Below are positions 9,134 to 17,945 of a DNA stretch of 64,000 nt, in pieces. Both the position numbers and the translations under genes were made by a program. The DNA is taken from contig JBEPZX010000004.1 of assembly GCA_041640635.1 (NCBI GenBank), positions 32,279-96,278 of the forward strand. The letters run 5' to 3'. The notes under the pieces are model-generated. The model was not told the origin of the DNA, searched no databases, and was given only the letters and a program-made list of their open reading frames with translations. The first letter of the stretch is position 1. Each line of letters opens with the position of its first letter. The stretch is from Aquificaceae bacterium. Lineage in GTDB: Bacteria > Aquificota > Aquificia > Aquificales > Aquificaceae.

Positions 9134-9705
9134 TGATAAGATTAATAGTAGGCCTTGGTAATCCAGGTAAAAAGTACGAAAGCACGAGGCACAACATAGG
9201 TTTTATGGTTTTAGATGCACTCCTTAGGTATCTAAAGTTAAGGGATTATTCTGAGGAGTGCTTGTCCCACTTGTATAAATTCAACACTTTAGATAAAGAG
9301 GTACTGATAGCCAAGCCTTACACTTATATGAATAACTCTGGATTGGCCGTATTAAATTTGATAGAAACTTACAACATAGCACCAGAAGAAATGATAGTAA
9401 TACATGATGACTTGGACATTCCGTTAGGAAGAGTTAAGCTTAAATTCAACGGTAGTAGCGGGGGTCACCATGGAATAGAATCCATCGTAAAAGAGATAAA
9501 AACCGACAAATTTTATAGGCTTAGGGTGGGGATAGGAAGACCTAAAGATAAAAGTAAAGTTGTTGAGTACGTACTATCACCTTTTTTAAAAGAAGAGGAA
9601 GAAGTTTTATACAAGATTTTATATAAGTCTAAAGAATGTCTTTTAAGATGCATTGAGACTTCACCCGAAAATTCCATGAATTTTTGTAATGCTCCAATCT
9701 TATAA
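9133..9705 (+). CDS. pth: peptidyl-tRNA hydrolase
   Basis: LIVGLGNPG, TRHNIGF, YMNNSG, HDDLD, GGHHG, RLRVGIGRP. Confidence 0.97.
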   Translation: MIRLIVGLGNPGKKYESTRHNIGFMVLDALLRYLKLRDYSEECLSHLYKFNTLDKEVLIAKPYTYMNNSGLAVLNLIETYNIAPEEMIVIHDDLDIPLGRVKLKFNGSSGGHHGIESIVKEIKTDKFYRLRVGIGRPKDKSKVVEYVLSPFLKEEEEVLYKILYKSKECLLRCIETSPENSMNFCNAPIL

Positions 9706-9721
9706 TTCACCATATAAGCTT

Positions 9722-10489
9722 TTATAGCATGAAGTAGGCGTATAAGATACCTATAACTATTCTATAAATACCAAAGGGTAGAAAAGAAAACTTAGTTACA
9801 AAGTATAAAAAAAATCGAACTGTCAGTAGAGCTGTTATAAAAGCAACAAGAAAACCAGAAGCTAAGATCTGCCAATTTACCAGTGTAAAAGCTTCATAGG
9901 ACTTAGAAATATCATAAATTGTAGCTATTAGCATGGTAGGTACCGCAAGCAGAAAAGAAAATTCAGCCGCTTTTTCCTTCTTTAGACCCACTAGCATACC
10001 ACCAATTATGGTAGCAGCGGATCTTGAAATACCAGGAACCATAGCCAAAGACTGAAAAATACCAACTATAAAAGCTTTTCTAACACCTAAATTTCTTATA
10101 TCCCCTATATAGCAATATTTCGTACAAAATCTGTCAACAAACAGTAGTACTACTCCCCCTATCGTCAAAGTAGCAACTACAACTTTGTCGTTTCCTATTA
10201 GGTAATTCTTAATAACTTTATAGAGTAAAAAACCAATTACACCTGTAGGTATAAAAGCTGCTATTATTCTTTTCCATGTGTCCATATCCTTTAAAAACTT
10301 ATTCCAGTAAAGAAAAACCACAGCTAATATGGATCCAAACTGTATGGATATTTCGAAGCTCTTGGTAAAACTATCATGAGGAACACCCAAAAGATGAGCT
10401 GTAAGTATAAGGTGTCCTGTAGATGAAACGGGTAAAAACTCTGTAAGACCTTCTACTATACCTAACACAACTGCTTGCCACATATTCAT
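9722..10489 (-). CDS. uppP: undecaprenyl-diphosphatase
   Basis: GIVEGLTEFLPVSSTGH, PGISRSAATI, AAEFSFLL. Confidence 0.96.
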   Translation of the reverse strand: MNMWQAVVLGIVEGLTEFLPVSSTGHLILTAHLLGVPHDSFTKSFEISIQFGSILAVVFLYWNKFLKDMDTWKRIIAAFIPTGVIGFLLYKVIKNYLIGNDKVVVATLTIGGVVLLFVDRFCTKYCYIGDIRNLGVRKAFIVGIFQSLAMVPGISRSAATIIGGMLVGLKKEKAAEFSFLLAVPTMLIATIYDISKSYEAFTLVNWQILASGFLVAFITALLTVRFFLYFVTKFSFLPFGIYRIVIGILYAYFML

Positions 10490-11664
10490 GAAATTACCTC
10501 TAAGTAAAGCCCTTTAAGATATAGGGTATTTGGCATTTGTAAAACCCATGGATGATCTAAGTCTTGAAAACTCACTCCAACAATCCTTACTTGTTTTTTA
10601 GCATCCTTCGCTGCAGAAGTGACAGCTCTTATAAGGTGTTCTAATGTTATATGGAAAGAACACGAGAATATAACCATGTAACCTCCTGGCTTTGTAACAT
10701 GCAATCCTCTTAAACATAAATCTTTATAACCTCTCATTGCTGATTCTACAGCGGATTTATTTTTTGCAAAGGATGGTGGATCTATAACCACAACGTCAAA
10801 TTTTTCCCCTTCCCTTTGCATCTTTTTCAGGAAATCAAAGGCATCTTCATTTACCCATTTGATACCTGATATACCATTTAAATCTTCATTTTTTTTTGCA
10901 ATATCAAGAGCTGAGCTAGACGCATCTACTGCTATGACATCTTCTGCGCCTTTTTTTCTCATGCTCAAAGCAAATCCCCCTGTGTGGCAAAATACATCCA
11001 AACACCTATCACCGTGATTAACAAAGCTTCTTATAATTTGCCTTGCTTTTCTTTGATCAAGGTAGAATCCTGTTTTTTGCCCTTCTTGTATGTTTACAAA
11101 GAACTTCAAATCGTGTTCGTATATTATAACCTCCTTTGATACGTATCCATAAACACAAACTTCTGTACAATCAAATCCCTCCAATTTTTGCACGTATTCA
11201 TTACATTTTTGATAAATACCTAGAGGTTTTAATACTTCTATAAGAGCATCAAACACCCAATCTCTAATCAGATACATACCATACGTTGTAAATTCAACTA
11301 CCACGTATCTATCGTATACATCAACTATGAGACCAGGTAACAAGTCACCTTCTGAGTGAATTAGTCTATAAGCGTTGCTTGGTATATAAAGCTTTTTCCT
11401 GTAGTCAAAAGCTTGATAAATTCTTTTTCGGATAAGTTCCCGACTTAACTTTTCCCCTTTATCAAAGGATAACATTCTTACGGATATATTCGATTCTGGG
11501 TTTATATAACCGTAGCCTAAGAAATGCCCACCGTTATCTCTTACTACTACGTGTTCTCCTTTCTTTGGCTTTCTACTGTAGCTAGCTATTTCAGATTTGT
11601 ATATCCACTGAAAAAAATTGCTTATTTTTTCTTCAACTCCAGGTTTTACCCTAATTTGAAGCAT
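10486..11664 (-). CDS. rlmI: RlmI-family (23S rRNA m5C1962-type) SAM-dependent methyltransferase
   Basis: SEGDLLPGLIVD, GQKTGFYLDQR, LDVFCHTGGF, IDPPSF, FSCS, DHP. Confidence 0.85.
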   Translation of the reverse strand: MLQIRVKPGVEEKISNFFQWIYKSEIASYSRKPKKGEHVVVRDNGGHFLGYGYINPESNISVRMLSFDKGEKLSRELIRKRIYQAFDYRKKLYIPSNAYRLIHSEGDLLPGLIVDVYDRYVVVEFTTYGMYLIRDWVFDALIEVLKPLGIYQKCNEYVQKLEGFDCTEVCVYGYVSKEVIIYEHDLKFFVNIQEGQKTGFYLDQRKARQIIRSFVNHGDRCLDVFCHTGGFALSMRKKGAEDVIAVDASSSALDIAKKNEDLNGISGIKWVNEDAFDFLKKMQREGEKFDVVVIDPPSFAKNKSAVESAMRGYKDLCLRGLHVTKPGGYMVIFSCSFHITLEHLIRAVTSAAKDAKKQVRIVGVSFQDLDHPWVLQMPNTLYLKGLYLEVIS

Positions 11665-11665
11665 T

Positions 11666-12214
11666 TTAGTAATGGATAAGCATTTTTTCCGCTACTTCCT
11701 TAGCTTTTTCCCTCCCAACGAGCTTCTCAACCAATTTAAGACCAAAGTCAAAAGCTGTTCCCGGTCCTTGACTGGTTACTATATTACTGTCTTCCACTAC
11801 GCGATTATCTACATAAACTGCGTTCCTTATATCATCTTTGAGCGAAGGGTAAACAGTTGCTTTTTTGCCTTCCAAGATACCAAACTTAGCTAGAGCCGTA
11901 GGTGCTGCACATATAGCACCTATGAATTTACCCTTTTCTGCTACTGTTTTTATTAATCTTTCTACTCGAGGGTCTTTTTTTAGGTTTTCCACACCACCTA
12001 ATCCACCAGGCAAAACGACCAAATCTAAAGTATTGGGATCTACGTGATCTATAGAGACATCGGGAACGATCTTTACATTTCTTGCACTACTCACAGGTTC
12101 TTTTGAAAGACCTACAATTAGAACATCTAGATTAGCCCTTCTAAGTATATCTATTACGGCTACAGCCTCTATTTCTTCAAATCCGTCTGCTAAAAGAACT
12201 CCAATTTTCCCCAT
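11666..12214 (-). CDS. DJ-1/YajL(ThiJ)-family protein
   Basis: LADGFEEIEA, LPGG, AICAAP, TSQGPGTA; true start is the ATG at 12214, since the ORF-track extension is tRNA sequence. Confidence 0.9.
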   Translation of the reverse strand: MGKIGVLLADGFEEIEAVAVIDILRRANLDVLIVGLSKEPVSSARNVKIVPDVSIDHVDPNTLDLVVLPGGLGGVENLKKDPRVERLIKTVAEKGKFIGAICAAPTALAKFGILEGKKATVYPSLKDDIRNAVYVDNRVVEDSNIVTSQGPGTAFDFGLKLVEKLVGREKAKEVAEKMLIHY

Positions 12215-12240
12215 AGATTTAATTATAAGCTTTTGTGAAT

Positions 12241-12317
<77 letters not shown>

Positions 12318-12333
12318 TTCTGATGATTATATA

Positions 12334-12362
12334 ATTATAATACAAAAGCTATTATTTGCCAA
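12334..12362 (-). promoter_or_regulatory. sigma70-type promoter of tRNA-fMet
   Basis: Minus strand TTGGCA-N17-TATAAT, 16 nt upstream of the tRNA. Confidence 0.65.
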
Positions 12363-12379
12363 TCAATTAATATTTTTCT

Positions 12380-12889
12380 TTACTTTTGGATTAGCCTCTT
12401 TAAGATCTCCTTCATCATATCGAGCATAGAGTTAGGGTCTGTAGCGGTAATTATGTTCTCATCCACCTCCACAGGGTTGCCAGTGTAAATGGCACCAGCA
12501 TTCTGAACATCATCTTTTATAGCATAGAAAGCTGTTACTTTTTTATCCTTTAAAATCTTTGCCGAAATTAAAACCCATGGACCATGGCATACAGCACACA
12601 CAAGTTTTCCTTTTTCAAAATGTTTCTTTACAATGTTTAGAACCATGGGATCTCTTCTGAGTCTGTCTGGTGCATAACCACCTGGTATAAATACACAATC
12701 AAATTCTTGCTTTTCAATATCTTTTAGCATAGCATCGGGTTTAAAGGTTATACCTTTTTTGCCCTTATACTCTCTCATTTCAGAAGCACAGGATATAACC
12801 TGATAGCCCTCTTCTTTGAACCTTAGATATGGATAAATAAACTCTACATCTTCTACCAGATCCTCAAGAAATATTAGAATCTTTTTCAT
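12380..12889 (-). CDS. PfpI-type DJ-1/class I glutamine amidotransferase-like protein
   Basis: EDVEFIYP, IPGGYAPDRLR, AVCHGPWVL. Confidence 0.9.
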   Translation of the reverse strand: MKKILIFLEDLVEDVEFIYPYLRFKEEGYQVISCASEMREYKGKKGITFKPDAMLKDIEKQEFDCVFIPGGYAPDRLRRDPMVLNIVKKHFEKGKLVCAVCHGPWVLISAKILKDKKVTAFYAIKDDVQNAGAIYTGNPVEVDENIITATDPNSMLDMMKEILKRLIQK

Positions 12890-14879
12890 GTTTTACACTC
12901 CTATAAACGCCTATTAAAATAACAAGTACAACCAATGAAACATAAATTAATGCTAAAGTTGCATTTATATAATTACCTAATATAACCTTTTGAGCTATTT
13001 CTGGAGTTTTTATAGCTTCTGGTAGGCTCCCTGTAATTAGCCTATCTTTTAACCATTCCGCATGGGAGAGAAAACCTATAGCTTTGTCAGGATGAAAAAC
13101 TTTTTCCAAAGCCGCTGTTATTGTGTTTATCGAAAGAAAAGTCGCTGGCAATCCAGTTACAAAGGCGTATTTTTTGCCTTTTCTTATTAAGTAGACTGTG
13201 GCTATTACTAATGCCGAAGTAGCAAGCAGTTGGTTAGAAATACCAAAAAGAGGCCAAAGGGTTTTTATACCTCCATAAGGATCCACTACACCTGCGTATA
13301 AAAAGTATCCCCAGCTAAGCACTACAATCAAACTTGTGGCGATATTTAATTTAATGTCGGCATAGTTGGAAAGACTCTTGGAAAAGTAACCCAAAAGGTC
13401 TTGTAATATATACCTTCCCACACGTGTACCTGTGTCTATTGTGGTGAGTATAAACACAGCTTCAAAAAGAATGGCAAAGTGATACCAGAAAGCGATCAAC
13501 GCTGTTCCCGTAACTTGTGCTAATATAAGAGCTATGCCAATCGCCAAAGATGCAGCACCACCTGTTCTGGAAAGTATGGTTTTCTCTTCTATGAGTTGGC
13601 TTATGTTCTGTATGTATTCTGCACTAATAGGGAATCCCCAAGAGGTTATCTTTTGTGCAGCTTCTATTGCCGTTTTACCTATCTCGCTAGCTGGACTGTT
13701 TATCGCAAAGTAGAGACCTGGTTCCATAGAAATGGCTGCAATTAAAGCAATAACAGCTACAAAGGATTCACCTAACATCCCACCATATCCCACAAACCTT
13801 ATGTGACTTTCTTTATCTATAAGCTTTGGAGTTGTGCCAGAAGAGATAAGAGCATGAAAACCAGACACAGCTCCACAAGCTATGGTGATAAATAAAAAGG
13901 GGAAAAGGTCACCTTTCCAAACTGGTCCCATTCCGCTAAAGGCAAATTGAGTAAGGGGTGGCATTTTTATTTCTGGATTAGCAATCGCTACAGCTACGGC
14001 TATAAGAATTACGGTACCAAGCTTTAGGAAGGTGCTAAGGTAATCTCTGGGAGCCAAAAGTAGCCACACGGGCAAAACGGATGCAAAAAATCCGTAAACA
14101 ATTAAGAAGACAGCGAGTTGAGTTTCGCTTAAGGTAAAAAGGGGACCAAAGGTAGGATGGTTTGCTACTTCCCTACCTAAATATAAGGTTATCAGTAAAG
14201 CTACGCTTCCAAATATGAAAGAGTGAAGAACAGCACCGGGTCTTATGTGCCACATGTAAATGCCCATAAGCATAGCTATGGGAATTGTCATAAATACGGA
14301 GAAGGTTGCCCATGGGCTTTGAGCCAAAGCTTTCACAACAACCAAAGCCAAAACAGCAAGAAGTATCATAAGGATGGAATAAATTACCAACAGAACTACT
14401 ACCCCTCCAAATTTACCGAGCTCCTCCTTTGCTATCTCCCCAAGACTCTTCCCCCCTTTTCTCATAGATATAGCTAGTATTACCATATCTTGGACGGCAC
14501 CAGCCAATACTACACCTATCAATATCCAAAGAAGCCCAGGAAGATAGCCCATCTGTGCTGCCAAAACTGGTCCTACCAGCGGTCCAGCACCGGATATGGA
14601 GGCGAAGTGATGCCCAAAAAGAACCCATTTGTTAGTCGGTACAAAGTCCAGGTTATTTTTGTATTTGTGTGCAGGTGTTGGATTTTCATCGTTTACTTTA
14701 AAAACCTTGTAAGCTATAAAGTAGCTATAGTATCTGTAACCGATAATGTAAATGCATAAACTAGCTATAAGTATCCATATTACACCTATACGTTCACCTT
14801 CGTTTAGAGCAACAATTGAAAGGGCGAGCGACGCTAATATAGAAATCGCTCCTAATATTAGATAATCTTTGAACTTCAT
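12864..14879 (-). CDS. cstA: carbon starvation protein A family transporter (CstA/YjiY)
   Basis: LFGHHFASISGAGPLVGP, FITIACGAVSGFH, SRTGG, LWPLFGISNQLL. Confidence 0.93.
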   Translation of the reverse strand: MKFKDYLILGAISILASLALSIVALNEGERIGVIWILIASLCIYIIGYRYYSYFIAYKVFKVNDENPTPAHKYKNNLDFVPTNKWVLFGHHFASISGAGPLVGPVLAAQMGYLPGLLWILIGVVLAGAVQDMVILAISMRKGGKSLGEIAKEELGKFGGVVVLLVIYSILMILLAVLALVVVKALAQSPWATFSVFMTIPIAMLMGIYMWHIRPGAVLHSFIFGSVALLITLYLGREVANHPTFGPLFTLSETQLAVFLIVYGFFASVLPVWLLLAPRDYLSTFLKLGTVILIAVAVAIANPEIKMPPLTQFAFSGMGPVWKGDLFPFLFITIACGAVSGFHALISSGTTPKLIDKESHIRFVGYGGMLGESFVAVIALIAAISMEPGLYFAINSPASEIGKTAIEAAQKITSWGFPISAEYIQNISQLIEEKTILSRTGGAASLAIGIALILAQVTGTALIAFWYHFAILFEAVFILTTIDTGTRVGRYILQDLLGYFSKSLSNYADIKLNIATSLIVVLSWGYFLYAGVVDPYGGIKTLWPLFGISNQLLATSALVIATVYLIRKGKKYAFVTGLPATFLSINTITAALEKVFHPDKAIGFLSHAEWLKDRLITGSLPEAIKTPEIAQKVILGNYINATLALIYVSLVVLVILIGVYRSVKHEKDSNIS

Positions 14880-15583
14880 AATAAATGATTCTTAAAGAAC
14901 TCAATAGTTTTATTCCATACATCGCTTGCATAATTTTCGTTGTAAACTTCAGGTCTTGTATCGTTGAAGAAGGCATGATCTACACCTGCGTATATGAGAA
15001 ATTGGGCATCTACATTATTTTTATTGCATTCTTCAATAGCTTCCATCACTTCAGAAAGTGGGATGAAGCTATCCTTACCAGCATGTATAGCCAAAACAGG
15101 CGCTTTTATCTTCGAAAAACTAATCGGAACAATCTTATACAGTCCATAGTAAGGAGCTAAAGCGTGAAAGTCCTGATTATACTCTGCTCCAAAATACCAA
15201 GTACAGGTTCCACCACAACAAAATCCTGTCAAACCTATTCTGTAATCTTGAACTCTAGGGTTAAATCCTATGTCGTTTGCTTTGAAGTAGTCCACAGTAG
15301 CTTTTATCATAGCTTTTGCTTCGTTTAATCTATTTTGGAAAAGATCTTGCATCAGAGATGCTGCATCGTTGGGATTGTCTGCTGTCTTCCCTTTGTATAG
15401 GTCTATTCCAAAGGCAAAAAAACCTTCGCTAGCGTATCTATCACAAACATCCTTTATGTGTGGCACAAGCCCCCACCACTCATGAATGACAATAACCACA
15501 GGTCCTTTAGTTAAAGTTTCTGGTTCCGCAAAGTATCCAGAAACTTCTACACCGTTCATGTTGAACTTAAGTTCTTTACCCAT
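14876..15583 (-). CDS. dienelactone hydrolase family protein
   Basis: IHEWWGL, GFCCGG nucleophile elbow, HAFFND. Confidence 0.88.
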   Translation of the reverse strand: MGKELKFNMNGVEVSGYFAEPETLTKGPVVIVIHEWWGLVPHIKDVCDRYASEGFFAFGIDLYKGKTADNPNDAASLMQDLFQNRLNEAKAMIKATVDYFKANDIGFNPRVQDYRIGLTGFCCGGTCTWYFGAEYNQDFHALAPYYGLYKIVPISFSKIKAPVLAIHAGKDSFIPLSEVMEAIEECNKNNVDAQFLIYAGVDHAFFNDTRPEVYNENYASDVWNKTIEFFKNHLL

Positions 15584-15626
15584 GTTTGCCCTCCTTTGAT
15601 TTTATATTATAATATTACTACACTAA

Positions 15627-15698
15627 GGGGCGGTAGCTCAGCGGGAGAGCGCCTGCTTGGCGTGTAGGAGGTCGGGGGTTCAAATCCCCTCCGCTCCA
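15627..15698 (+). tRNA. tRNA-Ala(GGC), CCA not encoded
   Basis: GGGGCGG/CCGCTCC acceptor stem with G3:U70; anticodon arm CCTGC-TTGGCGT-GTAGG. Confidence 0.93.
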
Positions 15699-15774
15699 TA
15701 TAAATTACCAAACACAAAATCCAAAATCTAATATAATTTTTTCATTTACAAACTTTCTGAATGGAGGTAATAAA

Positions 15775-16974
15775 TTGACAAACATAGCTGTCACATCTAT
15801 GACTTTTGAACCTGTCTACAAGCAAGATGTGGAAATTGTAGAAAGAAAGGGAATAGGACACCCAGATACTATATGTGATTTACTTTCAGAAAAACTATCT
15901 GTCAATCTATCTAAATGGTACATAGAAAAGTTTGGGGCAATTATGCATCACAACGTAGATAAAGCTTTGTTGGTAGGCGGTGTAGCAGAACCTAAATTCG
16001 GTGGAGGATACATAAAAGAACCCATAGAAATACATTTGGTAGGTAGAGCTATATTAGGTGATGATTCAGACCAAATAAACCCTTGGAAAATTGCTGAAAA
16101 AACTGTTAGGGAATGGGTAAGCAAAAATTTAAGAAACTTGGACTTTGAAAAGCATATCAAATTAAATGTAAATGTTAGACCAGGAAGTAAGGACCTTGTA
16201 GATCTTTTCAAAAGATTTCAAAAACATGGTGAAGTTCCTTTAGCTAATGACACCTCTTTTGGTGTTGGTTTTTATCCTTTCGATAGTTTAGAAAAAGCTG
16301 TATACGAAGCGGAAAGATTTTTAAACTCTCCTCAGATGAAAAACTTACACCCAGAGATAGGGGAAGATATAAAGGTTATGGGAGTTAGAATCAAAGACAA
16401 GATAAGGTTAACTATCGCTTTAGCGTTTGTGGATAAATACGTAAATGATAGAGAGGACTACTTTGGAAAAAAGGAATTAATTACCCAAAAAGTTAAGGAA
16501 CATATACAGAACTTAATTGGCAGGGATGTAGAAATAAACGTAAATACAGCCGACAGTAAGCACGGAGAAGTTTACATTACAGTTACTGGAACATCTGCAG
16601 AACAAGGTGACGATGGTCAAGTAGGTAGAGGAAATAGAGTAAATGGACTTATAACACCTTACAGACCTATGAGCTTAGAGGCTGCAGCAGGAAAGAACCC
16701 AGTCTCGCACATAGGTAAGATTTATAACACAGTGGCAAACATAATATCAAAGAGGGTAGTTGAGGAAATTCAAGAAATCGAAGAAGCCTATTGTTACCTA
16801 GTATCACAAATAGGAAAACCAATCAATGAGCCTCAAGTGTGTGATGTGAAAGTAAGAACTACAAAAGACATAAAAGGCATTCAAGAGGAAGTTACAAAGA
16901 TAGCTAAGCAGGAGCTAGAAAAAATGCCAAGTATATGGAAAGAGTTTATTCAGGAGGAACATACAGTAGCATAG
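15775..16974 (+). CDS. mat: archaeal-type S-adenosylmethionine synthetase (methionine adenosyltransferase)
   Basis: VERKGIGHPDTICD, HHNVDK, ANDTSFGVG, GEDIKVMG, GDDGQVGRGNR, EAAAGKNPVSHIGKIYN; TTG start after GGAGG. Confidence 0.92.
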   Translation: MTNIAVTSMTFEPVYKQDVEIVERKGIGHPDTICDLLSEKLSVNLSKWYIEKFGAIMHHNVDKALLVGGVAEPKFGGGYIKEPIEIHLVGRAILGDDSDQINPWKIAEKTVREWVSKNLRNLDFEKHIKLNVNVRPGSKDLVDLFKRFQKHGEVPLANDTSFGVGFYPFDSLEKAVYEAERFLNSPQMKNLHPEIGEDIKVMGVRIKDKIRLTIALAFVDKYVNDREDYFGKKELITQKVKEHIQNLIGRDVEINVNTADSKHGEVYITVTGTSAEQGDDGQVGRGNRVNGLITPYRPMSLEAAAGKNPVSHIGKIYNTVANIISKRVVEEIQEIEEAYCYLVSQIGKPINEPQVCDVKVRTTKDIKGIQEEVTKIAKQELEKMPSIWKEFIQEEHTVA

Positions 16975-16983
16975 GAGGGCTTT

Positions 16984-17340
16984 ATGGAATACGTAGGTAT
17001 TTTAATTTTATTTGCGGTAGCTCTTGTAGTAGCAGGTGCCTTTTCTATTTTAAACGATATACTTGGTCCAAAAACGAGAGAGAAAATGGAGGGATACCCT
17101 TATGAATGCGGTGTCCCTGTATACGATCCTGAAGCCAGATCCACCTTCAAGCAGGGATACTACCTACTTGGGCTCCTTTTGATACTTTTTGATATTGAGG
17201 TGGCTTACCTCTTTCCATGGGCTGTAGTGTTCAAGGATATTGGTATTTATGGACTGATCGAAGCTATAGCTTTTATAGTTATACTTTTCCTAGGTTTTGC
17301 ATATGCATGGAAAAAAGGAGCTCTCAAGTGGCAAACTTGA
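16984..17340 (+). CDS. nuoA: NADH:quinone oxidoreductase subunit A
   Basis: PYECG, LFDIE, WKKGALKW. Confidence 0.95.
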   Translation: MEYVGILILFAVALVVAGAFSILNDILGPKTREKMEGYPYECGVPVYDPEARSTFKQGYYLLGLLLILFDIEVAYLFPWAVVFKDIGIYGLIEAIAFIVILFLGFAYAWKKGALKWQT

Positions 17341-17378
17341 CTTATATCAGATATTTTTGATATTTAGTAATGTATACT
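17337..17378 (+). promoter_or_regulatory. putative class II CRP/FNR-family-activated promoter upstream of nuoB
   Basis: TTGAC-TTAT-ATCAG (17337-50), centred 41.5 bp upstream of the start site predicted from TATACT (17373-78). Confidence 0.5.
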
Positions 17379-17398
17379 ATTAATCGGAGGTTTTACCT

Positions 17399-17935
17399 AT
17401 GGCTGCTATAAATTCTAATGGTTTCGTTACTACTACTGTAGATGAACTTTTGAGATGGGGAAGGAGAAACGCTTTGTGGCCAGTTACCATAGGACTTGCT
17501 TGTTGTGCTATAGAAATGATGCACGCTGCAGCTTCTCGTTTTGATTTAGATAGATTAGGTGTTATATTTAGAGCTTCTCCAAGACAGGCAGATGTCTTAA
17601 TTGTAGCAGGTACAGTTGTAAACAAGGTTGCTCCTATGTTAAAACTCATATGGGAACAAATGCCAGATCCCAAATGGTGTATAACCATGGGTGGTTGCGC
17701 ATCCGCAGGTGGTCCATTCCCAACTTACGCAACATTACAAGGCATGGATAGAATAATTCCAGTAGATGTTTACATTCCAGGTTGTCCTCCACATCCGCAA
17801 GGTTTGATATATGGCATACTTCAACTTCAAAAGAAGATAAAAGAGCAAGGAGTTCGTAAATACGACAAAGCTTTTGAAGAATTCAACAGAGAGATAAGAA
17901 AACAAGGCTTGATCCCGCAAGAAATAACCGTGTAA
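17399..17935 (+). CDS. nuoB: NADH:quinone oxidoreductase subunit B
   Basis: [29 protein letters not shown]. Confidence 0.97.
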   Translation: MAAINSNGFVTTTVDELLRWGRRNALWPVTIGLACCAIEMMHAAASRFDLDRLGVIFRASPRQADVLIVAGTVVNKVAPMLKLIWEQMPDPKWCITMGGCASAGGPFPTYATLQGMDRIIPVDVYIPGCPPHPQGLIYGILQLQKKIKEQGVRKYDKAFEEFNREIRKQGLIPQEITV

Positions 17936-17945
17936 GAGGTATATT

